Origin: an uncultured Actinomycetes bacterium
Lineage (GTDB): Bacteria > Actinomycetota > UBA4738 > HRBIN12
NCBI GenBank assembly: GCA_963736335.1
Contig: CAVTOC010000006.1
Span: 891,946-955,945, forward strand
DNA length: 64,000 nt
Direction of reading: 5' to 3'
The notes beneath the pieces were generated by a model that made no database searches, was not told the origin of the DNA, and worked only from the letters and a program-made list of their open reading frames with translations. The first letter of the stretch is position 1; each line of letters begins with the position of its first letter. This document shows positions 29,290 to 39,334 of this stretch, one piece after another. The position numbers and the translations under genes are program-made.

Positions 29290-30111
29290 CTACGCCGCGG
29301 CCCTCACGATCGCACCGACGTACCGGTCGACCGCCGTCGACGGAAGCGTTCCGCTGGGGAGCTCGACGACGAAGGCGGATGCCTCGGGGTGCCAATGGTT
29401 CTGCCAGCTGGTCACGCTGCCCGGATATCGTCCCCTCAATCTGACCAAGGGCAGCCCGACGCGCCTGGCGAACCGCCGCTGGATCGAGAGGTCGCCCGCC
29501 GACCGAACCACGAGACCGAGCGGTTGGTGGAACCAGATGCTCACGCGGGGGTGCACGCGCGCGATCAAGCGACGCGCGATCCGGTCCTCGGGTTCGGAGA
29601 GCGGGTGCGGTCCGGAGTACTCCTTGTCCCACGGCCGCCCGGCGTGGCGCCAGCGGTACGGGAAGTTCCGGTTCAGATCCACGCCCCGCCCGTTCTGGCG
29701 AGTGCCGGCGCGGAACCCGTCCGGGTTCAGGTTGCGGACCACCCACAGGTCGATGTCGGCCGGCGGCGAGGCGATCAACGCGCGAGCGATCGCGATTCCG
29801 GCGCATTCGTTCCCGTGGATGCAGCCCACGACCAGGATCTTCGTTTCGCTCGCGGGATCCCCCAGTCGGAACGCCATGATGGGCCGGCCCTTAGTGGAAT
29901 GCCCGAGCACCATCCGTCGAACGATCGGCGAAGCTCCTCCCGGGGATCGAAGCGATGTTCGCGCTTCAGTGATCGAACTCGCATCCGCGTTGACGCCCGC
30001 CCGGGAGTGCTCCTGCCCCGCCAAGGCAGCCGGGCGGCCCACGATCACGCACAACGGTCCCAAGAGGATGCAAGCGACGACGGCACGAGAGCCCGTCATC
30101 CGCGTGGCCAT
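29290..30111 (-). CDS. M14-family zinc carboxypeptidase (MpaA / gamma-D-Glu-DAP amidase-like), secreted
   Basis: Signal peptide. LVVGCIHGNECAGIAIA (HxxE zinc motif), NPDGF, LNRNFP. Confidence 0.75.
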   Translation of the reverse strand: MATRMTGSRAVVACILLGPLCVIVGRPAALAGQEHSRAGVNADASSITEARTSLRSPGGASPIVRRMVLGHSTKGRPIMAFRLGDPASETKILVVGCIHGNECAGIAIARALIASPPADIDLWVVRNLNPDGFRAGTRQNGRGVDLNRNFPYRWRHAGRPWDKEYSGPHPLSEPEDRIARRLIARVHPRVSIWFHQPLGLVVRSAGDLSIQRRFARRVGLPLVRLRGRYPGSVTSWQNHWHPEASAFVVELPSGTLPSTAVDRYVGAIVRAAA

Positions 30112-30221
30112 GGTCTTGAAGCTACTGGATACGGTCGAGCTTCTTGACGGTCGGCTGCGACGGGAGTCCTACAGGCAGCGGTTCGATGGTCGCGATCGGA
30201 ACCGACGCGAAGGCTGCGTCA

Positions 30222-31193
30222 TCATCCGAGTTCGAGCTCGAGGAGTCGTCCGTCGTCGAAGGCCGCGGTCCAGAAGCGGCCGTCGACGAACGCGCCGTTG
30301 TGCGGTTGCGTGTCCAGTTGCCAGCTCGCGACGACCGCCTCCGCGTCCGGGTCGACCTGCACGATCGAGTCGTCGCGGTCCGTGACGACCCATACGCAAC
30401 CGTCGTGGTCGATGAGCCCGTCGGCTCCATCACCGACGTCGACGGTCCCGACGACGGTGTTCGAATCCGGATCGATCCGCTGGAGCGTGGCGCCGTCGTA
30501 CGTCGTAACCCATATCGATCCGAAGGCCTGGAGCACGTGGATCGGCGTGACGTCCGTCTCGATCCGCGCGAGCGTCTTCCCGGTCGCCGGATCCATCCGG
30601 ACGACGACGCTCCGATCGGTGTCGGTGATCCACAGCGATCCGAATCCCGTGGTCGCGTAGAGGGGCGCGTCGCTCACGTCGTAGGTCGCGGTCACCCGTT
30701 CGGCATCCGGGTCGATCTTCGAGACGGTGCCCTCCGCCTGGTTCACGGCCCATATCGCGCCGAACCCCGCGGTGATGCCGTCCGGCGAGATGCCCACGGG
30801 GATGCGCGCGGAGATCTCGGTCGTCCCCGGATCGATCCGCACCACCGAGTCATCGGTCAAGGCCGCGGCCCAGACGGAACCGAACGCCTCGACCAGATCG
30901 ATCGGCGACCTCACCGCGATCGAGGCGATCACCTTCGCGGTCGAAGGATCGACACGCTCGAGCTTGTTCGCCTGGTAGTGGCCGACCCAAAGCGATCCGT
31001 CGGCCCACAGCACCGGGTCGGGCTGCGCCGCCACGTCCACCTTCGTGACGGTCGTCGCGGAGGCCGGGGTCGGGCTGGGCGAGGTCGCTAGCGTCGCCGA
31101 CGCCGTCACCGTCGTTGAGGGACTCCCGCTCCCTCCGCACGCCGGTACGAGCAGGGCGAACGACGCGGCGACACACGGGAGCCACCCCCTCAT
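30222..31193 (-). CDS. Lipoprotein with NHL/YVTN-type beta-propeller repeats
   Basis: C-terminal 323 aa of track ORF 30222..32090. ATG at 31193 (MRGWLPCVAASFALLVPACGG lipobox). Six-fold repeat (VRIDPGT.., SKIDPDA.., VRMDPAT.., QRIDPDS.., VQVDPDA..). Confidence 0.7.
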   Translation of the reverse strand: MRGWLPCVAASFALLVPACGGSGSPSTTVTASATLATSPSPTPASATTVTKVDVAAQPDPVLWADGSLWVGHYQANKLERVDPSTAKVIASIAVRSPIDLVEAFGSVWAAALTDDSVVRIDPGTTEISARIPVGISPDGITAGFGAIWAVNQAEGTVSKIDPDAERVTATYDVSDAPLYATTGFGSLWITDTDRSVVVRMDPATGKTLARIETDVTPIHVLQAFGSIWVTTYDGATLQRIDPDSNTVVGTVDVGDGADGLIDHDGCVWVVTDRDDSIVQVDPDAEAVVASWQLDTQPHNGAFVDGRFWTAAFDDGRLLELELG

Positions 31194-31282
31194 ACCGCCA
31201 CATACGAGGTCATGCCACCGAACGGACGCGATCCCGTGGTCGGGTCGTTGCGGGTTCTTGCTGCTACTCGCGGCGACGGTCC

Positions 31283-32074
31283 CTAGCGCACGGGGTCGCG
31301 GTTGTACGCGCGGCGCGCCGACTGGAAGCAGACCACGGTGATGCCGACGCACCACGCGATGGCGATGCCCGCACTGCTGCCGATCGGCGTTCCCATCAGC
31401 AGTCCCCGCAGGGTCTCGATGATGGGCGTGAAGGGCTGGTACTCGGCGAACCAGCGGAGCGCGGCCGGCATCGTGTCCGTCGGGACGAACCCGCTGCTGA
31501 GGAACGGCAAGATGAGCAACGGCATGGGGATGTTGCTCGCCGTCTCGACGCTCTTCGCCCTCAGGCCGAGGGCCACGCACAGCCACGTCATCGCCAAGGT
31601 GACCATCGCGAGGAAGCCGACCACGGCGATCCACTCGATGAGCCCCGCCGTGGGTCGGAACCCGATCGCCAGGGCGACGCCTATGACGACCACGAGGCTG
31701 AGCGCCGTCTGGATCATGCTGCCGAGGACGTGACCGGTCAGCACCGAGGGCCGGAAGATGGCCATCGTTCGGAAGCGGGCGATGATGCCTTCGGTCATGT
31801 CCACGGCGACCGAGATCGCCGTTCCCTGGGCGACACTGGCGATGGCGATGATGATGATCCCCGGAACGATGTAGTTGATGTAGTCGGCCCGGCCGCCCGA
31901 CGCAACGCCGAGGCCCGCGCCCATCGTCCCGCCGAAGACGTATGCGAACAGCAGCAGGAAGACGACCGGCATGCCGATGAGCATCACCGTCAGGCTCACG
32001 TAGCGTTGCATGTGCCTGAGCTGGCGCCGCAACATGGTCTTCGAATCGGTCAGGGCGAAGGACAGGGTGCTCAT
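31283..32074 (-). CDS. ABC-2 family transporter permease
   Basis: 263 aa, 6 TM, DrrB-like. Confidence 0.85.
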   Translation of the reverse strand: MSTLSFALTDSKTMLRRQLRHMQRYVSLTVMLIGMPVVFLLLFAYVFGGTMGAGLGVASGGRADYINYIVPGIIIIAIASVAQGTAISVAVDMTEGIIARFRTMAIFRPSVLTGHVLGSMIQTALSLVVVIGVALAIGFRPTAGLIEWIAVVGFLAMVTLAMTWLCVALGLRAKSVETASNIPMPLLILPFLSSGFVPTDTMPAALRWFAEYQPFTPIIETLRGLLMGTPIGSSAGIAIAWCVGITVVCFQSARRAYNRDPVR

Positions 32075-33027
32075 ACCGCTTCCCTTTCACTCTCGGGTTG
32101 GCCGGTCAATGCGAGGAACACGTCGTCGAGGTTCGGTGTGTGGAGGGAGAGATCGTCGACCTCGATCGACGCTCGATCGAGCTGGGCGAGCAGCGTTCGG
32201 AGCGATCGGACGTCTCCCCCACCCGGGATCTGCAGGGCGAGCCCTTCATCGTCGCGGGTGGACTCGCCGAGGGTGTCCTCGGCCGCTTCGAGTCCCTGGA
32301 GATCGCTGAACTGCAGGCGGATATGGCCGCCCGGGATGCGACGCTTGAGCTCTCCCGGGCTCCCCTCCGCGATCAGCCTCCCCTTGTCGAGGACGGCGAT
32401 CCGGCTGGCGAGCTGATCTGCCTCGTCCAGGTTCTGGGTCGTGAGGAAGATCGTGACCCCGTCGGCCACGAGATCGCGGATGATCTGCCACATGGTGCGG
32501 CGGCTGAGCGGGTCGAGGCCCGTGGTCGGTTCGTCCAGGAAGATGATGCGCGGGTCGCCGAGCAAGGTCATCGCGAGGTCGAGCCGACGACGCATGCCGC
32601 CCGAGTACGTGGATGCCGGCTTCGCCCCCGCCTCCACCAGGTCGAACTGCTCAAGCAACTGGGTGGTCCGCCGCCTACCCTCCGCTCTTCCGAGGTGGCG
32701 CAGGTCCGCCATGAGGTTCAGGTTCTCCTCGCCGGTGAGGAGGTTGTCTACCGCGGAGAACTGCCCCGTGACCCCGATCACGGCGCGCACCGCGTCGGGG
32801 TCGCGCGAGAGGTCATGGCCCGCGACGCGCACCTGGCCGCCATCGAACCCGATCAGCGTGGACAGGATCTGCACGGCGGTGGTCTTCCCGGCGCCGTTGG
32901 GGCCGAGCAGGGCGAAGATCGTTCCCTCGGCGACATCCAGGTCGATGCCGTCGAGCACGAGGTGGTCGCCGAAGGACTTGCGCAGTCCGGTGGCCGCGAT
33001 CGCGTATCGAGACGTCGTGACGGTCAT
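32071..33027 (-). CDS. ABC transporter ATP-binding protein (DrrA-like)
   Basis: Walker A GPNGAGKTT, signature YSGGMRRRL, Walker B IIFLDEPTTGLD. ATG at 33027 overlaps the upstream stop (ATGA). Confidence 0.9.
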   Translation of the reverse strand: MTVTTSRYAIAATGLRKSFGDHLVLDGIDLDVAEGTIFALLGPNGAGKTTAVQILSTLIGFDGGQVRVAGHDLSRDPDAVRAVIGVTGQFSAVDNLLTGEENLNLMADLRHLGRAEGRRRTTQLLEQFDLVEAGAKPASTYSGGMRRRLDLAMTLLGDPRIIFLDEPTTGLDPLSRRTMWQIIRDLVADGVTIFLTTQNLDEADQLASRIAVLDKGRLIAEGSPGELKRRIPGGHIRLQFSDLQGLEAAEDTLGESTRDDEGLALQIPGGGDVRSLRTLLAQLDRASIEVDDLSLHTPNLDDVFLALTGQPESEREAV

Positions 33028-33902
33028 GCCTCTTCCTTTCCGTTGTCGTTCGCGAGGCAGCGACGGATGGTGATGTCGCCGTAGGACGTCCGGGCGCGCA
33101 CGTCGACCGCCTCCTCGTCCGGCTTGGGCCGATCGGAAGCCTGCAGGTCGTTCCGCACGTTGCCGAACCCGGTCTTGAGGTCCAACCAGGCCGCCACACC
33201 GTCGCGGACCCCGACCTCGATCTTGCCGGCCGCGCTCTCGGCGACCACGACGCCATGTACGACCTCGCCCAAGCGCACGTCGCCGTTGGCGGTCTTCGCG
33301 GTCGCCGCGGCCAGCGCCCGATCGATGGTGATCCTGCCGTTGGCCGCCTTCACGCGCACGTCGCCCGTGACCTCGCCGATCCACGTGTCACCGTTTGAGT
33401 TCTTGATCACCGCCGTTCCGTCGATCCTGCTCATCGTCACGGCTCCGGAACCCGTCGAGACCTGCACATCACCGACGGCGCTGCCCACCGTGATGTCGCC
33501 GGCGCCGGCTCTGAGGTCGAGCAGGTCCGCCTGGTCGAGCTGGATGTCGCCGACGCCGGTCTTGAAGCGGCATCCACCGATACGGCCTGTGGAACGCAAC
33601 GCGGCCACCCCTGCCTCGCCGCTCAGATGCGATCCTGTCGGAAGCTCGATCCGAACATCGATCGACTCCCCGCTCGAGCGGAAGGACCAATGCCGCCAGC
33701 CCTTCGGCCCCTGGACCAGCAACCTGCCGTTCGCGTACTCCACGCGGGTCTGCTCGGCGGCGGTCACGTCGGACTTCTTGGCCGGGTCGCTGGGGCGAAC
33801 ATCGACGACGGTGTCGGTGCGATCGCTCGCCACGACCTGGATGTCACCCATGCCGACGTCCAGCGTGAGGGTGATCGGTTCGGGGGTATCGAAGGTCGGC
33901 AT
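33024..33902 (-). CDS. DUF4097-type beta-helix repeat protein (putative adhesin fold)
   Basis: Repeated G-D-I/V triplet strands (GMGDIQVVAS, GDIQLDQ, GDITVGSAVGDVQVS, GDVRVKAANGRITI). AGGAGG RBS 7 nt upstream of the ATG at 33902. Confidence 0.7.
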   Translation of the reverse strand: MPTFDTPEPITLTLDVGMGDIQVVASDRTDTVVDVRPSDPAKKSDVTAAEQTRVEYANGRLLVQGPKGWRHWSFRSSGESIDVRIELPTGSHLSGEAGVAALRSTGRIGGCRFKTGVGDIQLDQADLLDLRAGAGDITVGSAVGDVQVSTGSGAVTMSRIDGTAVIKNSNGDTWIGEVTGDVRVKAANGRITIDRALAAATAKTANGDVRLGEVVHGVVVAESAAGKIEVGVRDGVAAWLDLKTGFGNVRNDLQASDRPKPDEEAVDVRARTSYGDITIRRCLANDNGKEEA

Positions 33903-33918
33903 CGAACGTTCCTCCTGA

Positions 33919-34458
33919 CTAGCGCGCCCAGCCCGAGTAGCGCTGAGCGCCCTTCGGCGCGCGTCGTTCGGCTCGACGGGCCGCATCGGCTCGGTCGAGT
34001 CCCGCGGTGGCAGCTCGCACGAGCCAGGCGTTGACCGACAGCCCGTCGCTGACGGCCGCATGCTCGATCCGAGCCTTCAGGTGATCGGGCATACGGAGGT
34101 TGATCCGGGACATCGTTGCCTCGTCGTCCTCGATCGGAGCGCCGGCACCGGCGGTCGGCCAGGCACTCGGCGTCCTGTCGTCGACCTCGAGCGACTCCTC
34201 CTGTGAGGGATCGCTGGGAGGGAGCGTCACCACGAACTCGGGGTCACGACCTCGCAGGCGCAGCTCGACCGAGCCCGGTGCGAGCTCGGTGGTGATCTCC
34301 TCCGTCGCCGCTGCCAGCGCGTCCTGCAACGCCAGCCGGATAGCCGCATCCAAAGGCGCGACGAGGCGCTCGGCGAGCGCACGTGCCTCGACGCCGCCCG
34401 CCTCGCTGGCGACCTCCAGTTGGCTACGGATGCTGTCTACGTACGGTCCAAGGTCCAT
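33919..34458 (-). CDS. Hypothetical protein with C-terminal ribbon-helix-helix (Arc/CopG-like) domain
   Basis: SRINLRMPDHLKARIEHAAVSDGLSVNAWLVRAA resembles RHH DNA-binding motifs. First gene of the RHH-DUF4097-ABC run. Confidence 0.55.
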   Translation of the reverse strand: MDLGPYVDSIRSQLEVASEAGGVEARALAERLVAPLDAAIRLALQDALAAATEEITTELAPGSVELRLRGRDPEFVVTLPPSDPSQEESLEVDDRTPSAWPTAGAGAPIEDDEATMSRINLRMPDHLKARIEHAAVSDGLSVNAWLVRAATAGLDRADAARRAERRAPKGAQRYSGWAR

Positions 34459-34678
34459 GGCGCCATGATGGCATCATCAGGCGCCACTGTCAAAGATTCT
34501 GACATCATCGAGGTGCCATGCCTCTCGACATGGCGGACCGCCGATCCCGTCGAGCCTTTGGAGGCTCGACTGCGGCGGCGAGTCCGATAGCCAGTCGATC
34601 GGGGACAGCCGAACCGCTTGGCCCGGTCGTCGAGATGCCGCGCGGTTATAGTGTGTCGGACCCGATAAGGAACGTACG

Positions 34679-35251
34679 GTGCCTCGACCTTCACTCGCAG
34701 ATGTCCGCAAGCCGCAGCTCCTGGATGCGTACGCGCGCTGCCTGGTGAGGTTCGGCCCCGAAGGAAGCTCGCTCGATCGGATCGCGGCGGAGGCCGGCGT
34801 GACGCGGGCTCTCGTGCGTCACTACCTCGGCAACAGGGAGGACGTGGACCGGGCGTTCGTCGCGTACATCCGCGCGCTCTACGTCGATTGGTTCCTCGGA
34901 CTCGGGGCCGAGCTTCCCCCACAGGAGCGGTTGCCGATCATCCTCGATGCCCTGTTCTCGCAGGACACGGACGAGCCCAGCCAGTCGGTTGACTCGTTGC
35001 TCGGAGCGAGTGCCGAAGACCCGGTGCTGCAAGGATCGCTCCGGGAGATGTACCTGGAGCTCGAACATCTCCTGGACGCCGAGCTCGCCTCCTCCAAGCC
35101 GGGAGCCGATCCACAGGAGCGTCGGCGTGTGGCGTACGGCATCCTCTGCCTGGCCGGTATGCACCGATCGCTCGCCGACGTCGGCTTCCCGGCCGATCGA
35201 GGACGGGCGGCCAAGGCATGCGCCCACCAACTCGTCGCGTCCCTCGGTTGA
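34679..35251 (+). CDS. TetR/AcrR-family transcriptional regulator
   Basis: HTH SLDRIAAEAGVTRALVRHYLGNRED. GTG start. Confidence 0.75.
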   Translation: MPRPSLADVRKPQLLDAYARCLVRFGPEGSSLDRIAAEAGVTRALVRHYLGNREDVDRAFVAYIRALYVDWFLGLGAELPPQERLPIILDALFSQDTDEPSQSVDSLLGASAEDPVLQGSLREMYLELEHLLDAELASSKPGADPQERRRVAYGILCLAGMHRSLADVGFPADRGRAAKACAHQLVASLG

Positions 35252-35308
35252 CGACCCCCGGACTCTTTCTTTATCGTCTCCGACAATCTATCGACGAAGG
35301 AGCGGGAG

Positions 35309-36529
35309 ATGCGTGGGTTCTCGCCATGGTTCCGCATCGCCGTCGCGGCGTCCATCGTAGCGGGCGTTTCGGCCGCCGGGCAGCTGTCGGCGGATGCCGG
35401 ACCGATCTCGGAGCCGGACTTCTACACGAACGTCCCGGCCGACCTCACCCTCTATGCCCCGGGCGACGTGATCCACTGGGAGCCCGAGACGGATCTCGGG
35501 CCGAAGTTCTTGGAACTCAGCGCCTATCGGGTGATGTACCGCTCCGACGGGTCCGCGGGAGATCCCGTCGCCGAGGTATCCATGGTGTTCATCCCGAACG
35601 GCGCGCCCCCGGCGAACGGCTGGCCCGTCGTCGCGTGGGGACACGGCACGTCGGGCATCGGTGATTCCTGTGCGCCGTCCAAGTACCCCTCGCTCTATCC
35701 GGACCCCTGGCCGCAATACGGGAACGAGGTCGCTCGCCTCGTCCGACAGGGCTACGTGGTGACCGCTCCCGACTACGAGGGGCTCGGCACCCCGGGGCCG
35801 CACTCCTACCTGAACACCGATGCGGAGGCGTTCGCGATGATCGACGCTGTCCGCGCGGCGCGTCACATCGTGCAAGACGTCGTCGGCATGACCGCCAGCA
35901 CCGAGTGGGCGGCGGTCGGCCACTCACAGGGTGGCCAGGCCGCTGTGGGTGCCGCCGAACTAGCGAAAACGCGCGCGCCGGAGCTTCAGATGGTCGGGAC
36001 CGTCGCGCTGGCTCCCGCGGCGATGCTCGAGCGCACCATCGAACCGATGGCAGCGAACCCTTACTACTTCCCGTACATCGGCTACATCGCCGCGGGCATC
36101 GGAGCCACACACCCGGGGTTCGATTACGCGAACTTCGTCGGGCCGCAGATGCTGCCGCTCATGGCGTACGCAGAAGAGTGGTGCTTCGACACGTGGTTCC
36201 CGGCGGTCATCCAGTACCTGAGGCCCGGGGTGCACCGCAACCTCGCGCCCGGATGGGCGAACGACCCCGATGTGCGGGACTACTTCGCCGATTCGCAGAT
36301 CGGGACGAGGGTCGCCGACGCGCCGATCCTCTACCTCCAGGGGACGGTCGACCTCCTGCACATGGTGTCCCGGAAACAGGTCCACCGCATGTGTGCGGTC
36401 GGCGACGTCGTCACGTACACGGAGTACCCGGGGTTGGAACATGACCCGATCGTGTGGAAGGGCTGGGCGGAGACGAAGAGCTGGCTCGCCGACCGCTTCG
36501 ATGGTGCGCCCGCCCCGAACGACTGCTAG
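35309..36529 (+). CDS. Secretory lipase (LIP family alpha/beta hydrolase)
   Basis: Signal peptide. Nucleophile elbow GHSQGG. Resembles the LIP secretory lipase family. Confidence 0.7.
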   Translation: MRGFSPWFRIAVAASIVAGVSAAGQLSADAGPISEPDFYTNVPADLTLYAPGDVIHWEPETDLGPKFLELSAYRVMYRSDGSAGDPVAEVSMVFIPNGAPPANGWPVVAWGHGTSGIGDSCAPSKYPSLYPDPWPQYGNEVARLVRQGYVVTAPDYEGLGTPGPHSYLNTDAEAFAMIDAVRAARHIVQDVVGMTASTEWAAVGHSQGGQAAVGAAELAKTRAPELQMVGTVALAPAAMLERTIEPMAANPYYFPYIGYIAAGIGATHPGFDYANFVGPQMLPLMAYAEEWCFDTWFPAVIQYLRPGVHRNLAPGWANDPDVRDYFADSQIGTRVADAPILYLQGTVDLLHMVSRKQVHRMCAVGDVVTYTEYPGLEHDPIVWKGWAETKSWLADRFDGAPAPNDC

Positions 36530-36599
36530 ACATATCCGGGTGCCCGGATCGAGTTACCGGTGGGTAGGATCGACCGCATAAGAGATAGGAGGGAGTCCC

Positions 36600-37424
36600 A
36601 TGTTCCGTCGTGCGTTGCTTGCTGCCGTGACCATCGTCGGTCTCGTGATCATCGCGCTGGTCGCCGCATCCCCCGCGTCGAGCGCGACCTCGCCGTCAAC
36701 GGCGACGGCCTCTCCTGAAAAGAGCATCACCTATTCGCATGTCGTCGATCTCAGCCACGTCATCAACCCTTCGATCCCGCTGTGGCCCGGCGATCCGCAC
36801 GTCGTGTTCAAGGTCGTGGCGACGATGAACAAGGATGGCTACTACTTGCGCAAGTTCACGATCGGCGAGCACAGCGCCACGCACATGAACGCCCCGAATA
36901 GCTTCATCGTCGGCAACACTGAGGCCATCACGAGTTACACGCCTGAGCAGCGCGTCGTCCCGGCCGTCGTCATCGACGTGCGCGACAAGGTCGCCCCGAA
37001 CCCTGACTATCGGCTCACCAAGCAGGACGTCCTCAACTGGGAGGCCAAGAACGGTCAGATCGCGCCCGGCTCGTTCGTGATCCTGTTCACCGGGTGGGAG
37101 GACAAGTGGAACGACCCCAAAGCGTTCATCAACCAGGACGCGAGCGGCAACCTTCACTTCCCGGGCTTCGCCGGGGCGACCACTAGATGGCTACTTGCCG
37201 ATCGGCAGATCTCCGGCGTTGGGATCGATACCCACGGCGTCGATCCCGGACTCGACACGTCCTACGCGACGAACACGCAGATCGCTCAGGCGCACAAGAT
37301 CGCGATCGAGTGCATGGCCAACCTGGACCAGCTTCCGCCCACGGGCGCGACGCTCGTGCTCGGGCCGTTGCAGCTGAAGCATGGGTCCGGGTCGCCGCTG
37401 AGCGTGATGGCCTTCATCCCGTAG
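36600..37424 (+). CDS. Cyclase-family protein (kynurenine formamidase-like), secreted; lower GC
   Basis: Signal peptide. HSATHMNAP (HxGTHxD-like) motif. AGGAGG RBS. Visibly AT-richer third positions than neighbours. Confidence 0.75.
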   Translation: MFRRALLAAVTIVGLVIIALVAASPASSATSPSTATASPEKSITYSHVVDLSHVINPSIPLWPGDPHVVFKVVATMNKDGYYLRKFTIGEHSATHMNAPNSFIVGNTEAITSYTPEQRVVPAVVIDVRDKVAPNPDYRLTKQDVLNWEAKNGQIAPGSFVILFTGWEDKWNDPKAFINQDASGNLHFPGFAGATTRWLLADRQISGVGIDTHGVDPGLDTSYATNTQIAQAHKIAIECMANLDQLPPTGATLVLGPLQLKHGSGSPLSVMAFIP

Positions 37425-37513
37425 CCTCCGCGCCAGAACCCTGGATGGTGGTTGGGCAGACCACTGACCGGTCTTGACCACTGCGAGACCGAAGCCTCGC
37501 AGGTCAGAGGTGG

Positions 37514-37567
37514 TGGGCGAGGGGGAGTTGAACCCCCCACGTCCTTTTCGGATACAGGAACTTGAAG
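37514..37567 (-). repeat. Partial tRNA-Leu: diverged 3' half from anticodon loop to acceptor end (att-like direct repeat of the tRNA at 40465..40548)
   Basis: Aligns base-by-base with the 3' ~52 nt of tRNA-Leu(CAG) (GGGCGAGGGGGAGTTGAACCCCCCACGTCCTTTTCGGATACAGGAAC) plus an identical 19-nt flank CCGAAGCCTCGCAGGTCAG. The 5' half is unrelated. Confidence 0.6.
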
Positions 37568-37836
37568 AGCGTGAGCAAGTGACGGGATAGGGCCAACCGC
37601 GGTCAAGAACGGCCGGTCTCAGGTGCCGAGAAGGATCCGCCCCGCCCGTCGTTGACCGTTCTTGCCCATCCTTTGTCCGAGGCCGCGTCACCACGACGTC
37701 ACCACGATCGGTGGCGGCAGCTCATCCAATGAGCCGTCGGATCTTCCGTCAAGGCCAGAGGGGGTCATAGCTTCGGCCGCTCCCCGGACGCCCCTCCCAA
37801 CAAGCAACCGAGTCCGACCCCCAGGATCGACCTGTG

Positions 37837-37865
37837 TTGACAGCAGTTCTGTCTCGCTGTATAAC
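37837..37865 (+). promoter_or_regulatory. Consensus sigma70/SigA-type promoter TTGACA-17 nt-TATAAC
   Basis: Read directly in an AT-rich patch. The -10 ends ~10 nt before the GntR ATG, so the mRNA would be near-leaderless. Confidence 0.5.
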
Positions 37866-37875
37866 GCCTGTCTTA

Positions 37876-38416
37876 TGGAAATAGATAAAAAGCTCAGTCC
37901 GGGGAGAAGGAAGGTTCGAGTCCCACCCCCGGGCGCGGTCAGCGAGGACGACCGAGCGGCTGCGCGCCGCCCGGCGTCACCGATCGATTTTTGGCTCGAC
38001 CCCGCCTCCGGTGTGCCGACCTACCTGCAGCTCGTCCAGCAGGTCGAGCAGGCGCTACGGCTCGGGTATCTCAAGCCCGACGACCAGTTGCCCAAGGTCA
38101 GGGACGTGGTCGCTTCGCTCGCCATCAACCCGAACACGGTGCTCAAGGCCTATCGAGAGCTGGAGACCAAAGGCTTGACGACCGGACGGCCCGGTCAGGG
38201 AACGTTCATTCAGGCCACCCTCAGCCAGGTCGCGCTGCCGGAACTGACCGCGCTGCACCGGTCCCTCCTCCGTTGGCTGGCCACCGCTGACGCGGCAGGG
38301 CTGGACGAGAACGGGATCGTGGCACTCTTCACCAGCGCGCTGCGGGACTTCCGTGAACGGCGCGGCGGCTCCGGCGACCGTCTTCGCCCGGCAGGCGGCG
38401 ACACGAAGGGCGTCGC

Positions 38417-38420
<4 letters not shown>
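37876..38420 (+). CDS. GntR-family transcriptional regulator
   Basis: Winged HTH ...LPKVRDVVASLAINPNTVLKAYRELETKGLTTGRPGQGTFI. ATG MEIDKK chosen just after the promoter. Upstream track extension is junk. Confidence 0.7.

Positions 38421-39330
<910 letters not shown>

Positions 39331-39334
<4 letters not shown>

Noticed and set aside
37905-37930. GGTTCGAGTCC T-loop-like motif suggesting a tRNA or tmRNA fragment
   Set aside because: Flanking sequence cannot form T, anticodon or acceptor stems. It lies inside the GntR coding start region.
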